The translations under genes were made by a program, and so were the position numbers. A stretch of 63,515 bases of DNA, counting the filler, from Chthonomonadaceae bacterium (GTDB lineage Bacteria > Armatimonadota > Chthonomonadetes > Chthonomonadales > Chthonomonadaceae), in assembly GCA_035650735.1 (NCBI GenBank). It is 5 parts of 5 records of this genome, joined end to end, with 100 filler letters (N's around TTAATTAATTAA, not from the genome) between each part and the next. Parts side by side here need not be neighbours in the genome. Positions count along the whole stretch, not along the records: positions 58,879 to 63,515 come from DASRGZ010000084.1; 4 more parts are not named here. One strand, given 5' to 3'. The notes under the pieces were generated by a model. It made no database searches. It saw only the letters and a program-made list of their open reading frames with translations, and was not told the DNA's origin. Shown here one piece after another: positions 59,139 through 63,515 of this stretch. The first letter of the stretch is position 1; every line of letters begins with the position of its first letter.

Positions 59139-60269
59139 TTAATGGCCGAACAGGCGGCCCAGGATACCCTTGTTTTCGCCGTCATGGAGATGCTCGCCCA
59201 TCGTTGCGGCAAACTGCTTCAGCAACTCGCGCTGCTCCGGTGTCAGCTTGGTTGGCACCTGCACCTTCACGATGACATACTCATCGCCCTTGCCGCGCCC
59301 ATGAAAGTCCGGCAGGCCGCGCCCGCGCAGCGTAAACGTCTGGCCGCTCTGTGTGCCCTCCGGAATCTTCAACTCCTCCGTGCCGTTAATCACCGGCACC
59401 TGGATGGTATCGCCGAGGGCGGCGCGAGCAAAGCTGATCGGCACCTCGCAATAGAGGTCGTTGCCGCGCCGCTCGAAAATCTCATGGTCGCGCACGTAGA
59501 TGACCAGGTACAGATCGCCCGCCGGCCCGCCGCGCTCGCCCGCGTCGCCTTCACCGATCAGCCGCAGCCGCATGCCCGTATCCACGCCCGCCGGCACCTT
59601 GACGGGGCGCTCCCGGATCTTGCGGACGCGCCCGCTGCCGCTGCACGTCGCGCAGGGGCTGGTGATGACCCGGCCCGTGCCGTGACAGCGCGTGCAGGTT
59701 TGCGTGCTGTGGAACGTGCCCAGGATCGTGTTTTGCGTAAACTGGATCTGGCCGGCTCCCCGGCACTGCGGGCAGGTATCCGCATTCGTTCCGGGCCGCG
59801 CCCCGCTGCCCTTGCACGTATCGCACGTCTCCATGCGCGGGAACCGGATCGTCTTCTCCACGCCAGTCGCCACCTCTTCCAGCGTCAGCTCCAGGTCTTC
59901 GCGCAGGTCGTCCCCCTGAACCACATGGCTGCCCGCACCGCGCCCGGCGGTCTGCGCGCCAAAGATAATGTCGAAGATATCGCCAAAGGGACCACCCATG
60001 CCCGCGCCGAACCCGCCGGGGAACCCCTCCGCGCCGACACCGTTCAGCCCTTCCTGGCCGTAGCGGTCGTACTGCCGCCGCTTGTTCTCGTCGCTGAGAA
60101 CGTCATAGGCGGCCTGGATCTCCTTGAACTTCTCGGCCGCATCCGGTGCCTTATTCAGGTCGGGATGATACTTCTTCGCGAGATTGCGATAGGCGCGCTT
60201 CAGCTCTTCCGCGCTGGCGGTGCGGGAAACGCCCAAAACCTCATAGTAATCGCGCGGTTGTGCCGCCAT
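59139..60269 (-). CDS. dnaJ: Chaperone DnaJ
   Basis: [13 protein letters not shown] region, four CxxCxGxG. Confidence 0.97.
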   Translation of the reverse strand: MAAQPRDYYEVLGVSRTASAEELKRAYRNLAKKYHPDLNKAPDAAEKFKEIQAAYDVLSDENKRRQYDRYGQEGLNGVGAEGFPGGFGAGMGGPFGDIFDIIFGAQTAGRGAGSHVVQGDDLREDLELTLEEVATGVEKTIRFPRMETCDTCKGSGARPGTNADTCPQCRGAGQIQFTQNTILGTFHSTQTCTRCHGTGRVITSPCATCSGSGRVRKIRERPVKVPAGVDTGMRLRLIGEGDAGERGGPAGDLYLVIYVRDHEIFERRGNDLYCEVPISFARAALGDTIQVPVINGTEELKIPEGTQSGQTFTLRGRGLPDFHGRGKGDEYVIVKVQVPTKLTPEQRELLKQFAATMGEHLHDGENKGILGRLFGH

Positions 60270-60407
60270 ATTCTCCTTTGCTCCCTGCATAAGACCGATC
60301 TCTTCACTTACCGTAGTCTTGATCGCTTAACTATTCGCCAGGTTTCCATTCCTGTCGGCACTACACAAGAAAGGCTGGCCGCCGCCAACCCCTTTTACTT
60401 GCAAAGC

Positions 60408-60423
60408 GCAAATTCCATGCCAA
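60408..60423 (-). promoter_or_regulatory. Candidate sigma54 (-24/-12) promoter upstream of dnaJ
   Basis: Minus strand TTGGCAT-GGAAT-TTGC with exact GG-N10-GC spacing. Confidence 0.55.
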
Positions 60424-60502
60424 CGCGCCACCCCATCAGCACCCAGCCTAGCCGTCGTTTAAGAGAGCCTGCGAGAGGCAGCCACGCGGGATGACAGGCT
60501 TT

Positions 60503-60540
60503 CTTCATCCTTCATCCTTCATCCTTCCGCCTTCATCCTT
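60503..60540. repeat. Heptamer tandem array (TTCATCC, about 5 units)
   Basis: cttcatccttcatccttcatccttccgccttcatcctt; overlaps the dnaK-like stop codon. Confidence 0.85.
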
Positions 60541-62014
60541 TTCCCAAAGAACGGGAAAGACGCTCGATCTCCTCCTGGGACAGGCCGGTGGCATGGCTAA
60601 TCTGGATCTGCTGGCTGCGCCCGGTAGTCTGATCCACAGCCGAGACATGCACGATACCGTTAACGTCAATATCGAAGTGGACCTCGATCTGCGGCACGCC
60701 CCGGAGCGCGCGCGAAATGCCGGTTAGGTGGAAGTTAGCCAGAAACTTATTGTAGACGACTAACTCATGCTCGCCCTGGTAGACCTTGATCTCCACCGAG
60801 GTCTGCCCGTCACGGGCGGTCGTGAAAACCTTCTTGCCCTGCGTCGGGATGGTCGTATTGCGCTCGATGATGTGGACCATCTGCCCGCCGAGGGTTTCAA
60901 TGCCCAGCGAGAGCGGCGTCACGTCCAGCAGCAGCACGCCGGTTACTTCCTCGTTGAGCACGCCGCCCTGAATGGCCGCGCCCAGCGCAATCGCCTCCTC
61001 CGGATTGACGCCCGGATATGGTTCTTTACCGAACAGCATGCGCGCAAGTTCCTGCACCGCCGGCATCCGCGTGGAGCCGCCCACCAGCAGCACGCAGTCC
61101 AGATCGCTCACCTTCAGCCGCGCATCCTCCAGCGCCTGCAATGTCGGCGGCACCAGCCGCTCCACCAGATCGGAACACAGATGCTCCAGTTGCGCCCGCG
61201 AGATATCCAGATCCAGATGACACGGGCCGTCTGGCCCGGAGGAGAGGAAGGGCAGGTTCACGTTGGTCTGCGGGCGGCTGCTAAGCTCAATTTTGGCTTT
61301 TTCCGCCGCCTCCTTGAGCCGCTGCATCGCCGAGCGGTCGCGCCGCACATTGCCTCCCGTCTGCCGGGAAAATTCTTCGGCCATCCACTCCATCAGGCGC
61401 GCGTCCCAGTCGTCGCCGCCCAAACGGGTGTCGCCGCAGGTCGCCTTGACCTCAAAGAGGCCCTCGCCCAGTTCCAGGATTGAGACATCGAACGTGCCGC
61501 CCCCCAGGTCCCAGACCAGCACGTTCTCCAGGTCTTCCCGATCCAGGCCGTAAGCCAGCGCGGCGGCGGTCGGCTCGTTGATGATACGGATGACCTCCAG
61601 TCCCGCAATCGTGCCCGCGTCTTTGGTAGCCTGGCGCTGCGCATCGGAGAAGTAGGCCGGCACCGTGATGACCGCCTTCTCTACCCGCTCCCCGAGATAC
61701 GCCTCCGCGTCCGCCTTGAGCTTCTGCAGGATCAGGGCTGAGATCTCCTGGGGCGTCAGCCGCTTGTTGTCTATCTCGACCGTATAGTCGGAGCCCATCT
61801 TGCGCTTGATGCTGCAAATGGTGCGGTCGGGATGAGCCAACGCCTGGCGCTTGGCCAGTTGGCCTACCAGACGCTCGCCACTTCGGGAGAAGCCGACCAC
61901 CGAAGGACACAGCCGGTTTCCATCCGCCAATGGGATGACGGTCGGCTGATTCCCCTCCATGACCGCCACCACCGAGTTGGTGGTTCCCAGGTCAATTCCT
62001 ACGATCTTAGGCAT
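60533..62014 (-). CDS. dnaK: DnaK/Hsp70 paralog lacking the C-terminal helical lid
   Basis: [50 protein letters not shown]; ends at 493 aa. Confidence 0.9.
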   Translation of the reverse strand: MPKIVGIDLGTTNSVVAVMEGNQPTVIPLADGNRLCPSVVGFSRSGERLVGQLAKRQALAHPDRTICSIKRKMGSDYTVEIDNKRLTPQEISALILQKLKADAEAYLGERVEKAVITVPAYFSDAQRQATKDAGTIAGLEVIRIINEPTAAALAYGLDREDLENVLVWDLGGGTFDVSILELGEGLFEVKATCGDTRLGGDDWDARLMEWMAEEFSRQTGGNVRRDRSAMQRLKEAAEKAKIELSSRPQTNVNLPFLSSGPDGPCHLDLDISRAQLEHLCSDLVERLVPPTLQALEDARLKVSDLDCVLLVGGSTRMPAVQELARMLFGKEPYPGVNPEEAIALGAAIQGGVLNEEVTGVLLLDVTPLSLGIETLGGQMVHIIERNTTIPTQGKKVFTTARDGQTSVEIKVYQGEHELVVYNKFLANFHLTGISRALRGVPQIEVHFDIDVNGIVHVSAVDQTTGRSQQIQISHATGLSQEEIERLSRSLGKG

Positions 62015-62057
62015 AGAGCGCGTGTCCTTGCAATTTCCGGGCAGTATTCGGGCCGAT

Positions 62058-62552
62058 CTATTCCTCTTCTTCCTCTTCGGTCAGACCGGCTTCCAGCTCC
62101 TCTTCCTCCTCCTCATCATCCATGAGCGCCGGAGAGGCCAGCGGGAAGGCATCCAGAGCATGGAATACATCTTCGGCCTCTTCGGGCGCTTCCTCCTCCT
62201 CTTCCTCATGGTCGGGCTCTGCGCTGCGCAGCGCGGCCAGTTGCGCGGCGGTGCGCTCCGCCTCCGGCTCCATCACCAGCACCGGCCCGGCGCCGATGAT
62301 ATCTTCCAGCGTCGGCTCATGCGGCTTCAGCTCCGCCTGCTGGGCCGCCACCGTCTCATCCTCGATCATGCGCGGCACGATGGCACCTGCCGCGATCTCT
62401 TCCAGGGCAATGGTGAGCGGATTCGTGGATCGCGTTTCGATCAGACGGCGCGCGCCATCCTTAAGTTGCCGGGCACGCTTGGCCGCCATGATGACCAGCG
62501 TGTACTTGCTTTCCAGATTGTCCAGTTTGTCGGGATTAGGATAGATGCTCAT
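62058..62552 (-). CDS. rpoZ: RNA polymerase omega subunit with long acidic tail
   Basis: [16 protein letters not shown]...[17 protein letters not shown]. Confidence 0.93.
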   Translation of the reverse strand: MSIYPNPDKLDNLESKYTLVIMAAKRARQLKDGARRLIETRSTNPLTIALEEIAAGAIVPRMIEDETVAAQQAELKPHEPTLEDIIGAGPVLVMEPEAERTAAQLAALRSAEPDHEEEEEEAPEEAEDVFHALDAFPLASPALMDDEEEEEELEAGLTEEEEEE

Positions 62553-62796
62553 GGAACGGAAAACTCCTTTTACCAGAGACGCACACCGCCGTTCCCCTCG
62601 GTGAGAGCGGAACGCCAGGCAATAGACCTATCTATAAGCAGGAGGGCTCTCTCCAGACATTGAGATCGCCATCCGGCACAGTATTCTACCACAAGAGGAG
62701 GGGTTTGCGAAAGAGGCGGCAATCGTCTTCCGGCTGCCATTGCCTCACAAAGTTATTCCATTTCCCGCTGTTCTTTGCCCCTCTAACCATAGAAAG

Positions 62797-62838
62797 CAAA
62801 AACAAGCGCCTGCAGCTCGAAAGCCGCAGGCGCTTGCG
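62797..62838 (-). terminator. rrn operon intrinsic terminator
   Basis: caagcgcctgcggc-tttcga-gctgcaggcgcttg followed by TTTTT on the minus strand. Confidence 0.85.
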
Positions 62839-62847
62839 GAAGATAAA

Positions 62848-62964
62848 TCTGGCGGCGCCCTATTTTCCCGGCAGGTTGCCCCGCGAGTATCGTCGGCGCA
62901 GAGGACTTTCACGACCGTGTTCGGGATGGGAACGGGTGGAGCATCCTCGCCAAGGCCACCAGAA
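62848..62964 (-). rRNA. rrf: 5S rRNA
   Basis: Minus strand CCACCCGTTCCCATCCCGAACACGGTCGTGAA...GCCGACGATACT...GGGAAAATAGG; terminal stem. Confidence 0.96.
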
Positions 62965-63180
62965 ACCCGAAAGCTTTGAGAAGCGCCCGGCCCAAGCCAC
63001 CCACGCTTGGCAAAGTCCCAAGCCAGGCCCGCCCCACAAGCGGGGGGCCAAGCGCTCCCAGAACAGCGCAGAGTGCAGTCCAATCGGGTTGAGCTTCGGA
63101 CCACCCTGCCAGGGGACCTTCTGACCAACCCACCAGTGAGCACAGAGACGGCCTCTGCCAAGCCTCTCCACACCCCAAAG

Positions 63181-63342
63181 GCTTCCCGTGTCTCAGAAGC
63201 CCCACCTCTGTCTCAGAAGCTCGGCTTCTGTCTCAGAAGCCCCACCTCTCTCCCAGAGGCCCGGCTTCTGTCTCAGAAGCCCCACCTCTGTCTCAGAAGC
63301 CCGGCCTTTCTCTAAGAAGCCCAGCTTTTCTCTAAGAAGCCC
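63181..63342. repeat. Eight tandem 20-bp units in the 23S-5S spacer
   Basis: Core TGTCTCAGAAGC with alternating CCCACCTC / CCGGCTTC linkers. Confidence 0.92.
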
Positions 63343-63374
63343 GGGCGGGAGCCAACTCCACGTGTCAGAGGGTG

Positions 63375-63515
63375 CTCTAAAGCCCTCGGTCACTTAGTAC
63401 GGGTCCGCTCAACGGGTCGCCCCGCTTCCACCTCCCGCCTATCTACCCGGTCGTCTGCCGGGGACCTTACCAGCTTTAATGCTGTGGAGGGTCTCATCTT
63501 GGGGCGCGCTTCGCG
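63375..63515 (-). rRNA. rrl: 23S rRNA 3' end (partial)
   Basis: Reverse complement matches the 23S 3' terminus (CCCCAAGATGAG...GATAGG...CGTACTAA...CCGAGGGCTT). The exact 3' end is approximate. Confidence 0.93.

Noticed and set aside
63181..63342. CRISPR array
   Set aside because: The period is only 20 bp, the linkers are 8 nt and recurrent, and no cas genes are present.

Overview
High-GC bacterial sequence made of five contigs joined by artificial N-TTAATTAATTAA-N linkers (22597-22696, 51505-51604, 54674-54773, 58779-58878). Gene content suggests a Terrabacteria lineage, possibly Armatimonadota; this is inference only. Most of the window is housekeeping: SRP RNA-dnaX-ybaB-recR, pdxS, mutS2, dtd, prmA-rsmE, tuf-rpmG-tRNA-Trp-secE-nusG-rplK-rplA, rpoZ-dnaK-like-dnaJ, and the 23S 3' end plus 5S rRNA. 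Accessory genes include GH4, GH16 and GH36-like hydrolases, a large SF1 helicase-nuclease fusion, a MEDS/PAS kinase, three Uma2 proteins and two decayed genes. The most unusual signals are non-coding: (i) a four-helix-bundle gene bracketed by 35-bp inverted heptamer arrays, with a gene-less counterpart before dnaX; (ii) an 81-82 bp MITE in two copies, each with its own 8-bp target duplication, one nested inside (iii) a ~280-330 bp foldback element with 9-mer repeats; (iv) mosaic REP clusters; (v) an alternating 20-mer array in a long 23S-5S spacer; (vi) a ~160-nt rod-like candidate RNA between prmA and rsmE. Protein oddities are an in-frame REC-YbaB fusion, a Nif3 homologue lacking all metal ligands, a lidless DnaK, an omega subunit with an acidic tail, and a membrane gene between rplK and rplA. 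A 141-bp identical overlap indicates that contigs 2 and 5 are adjacent, restoring dnaJ-prmA-rsmE.
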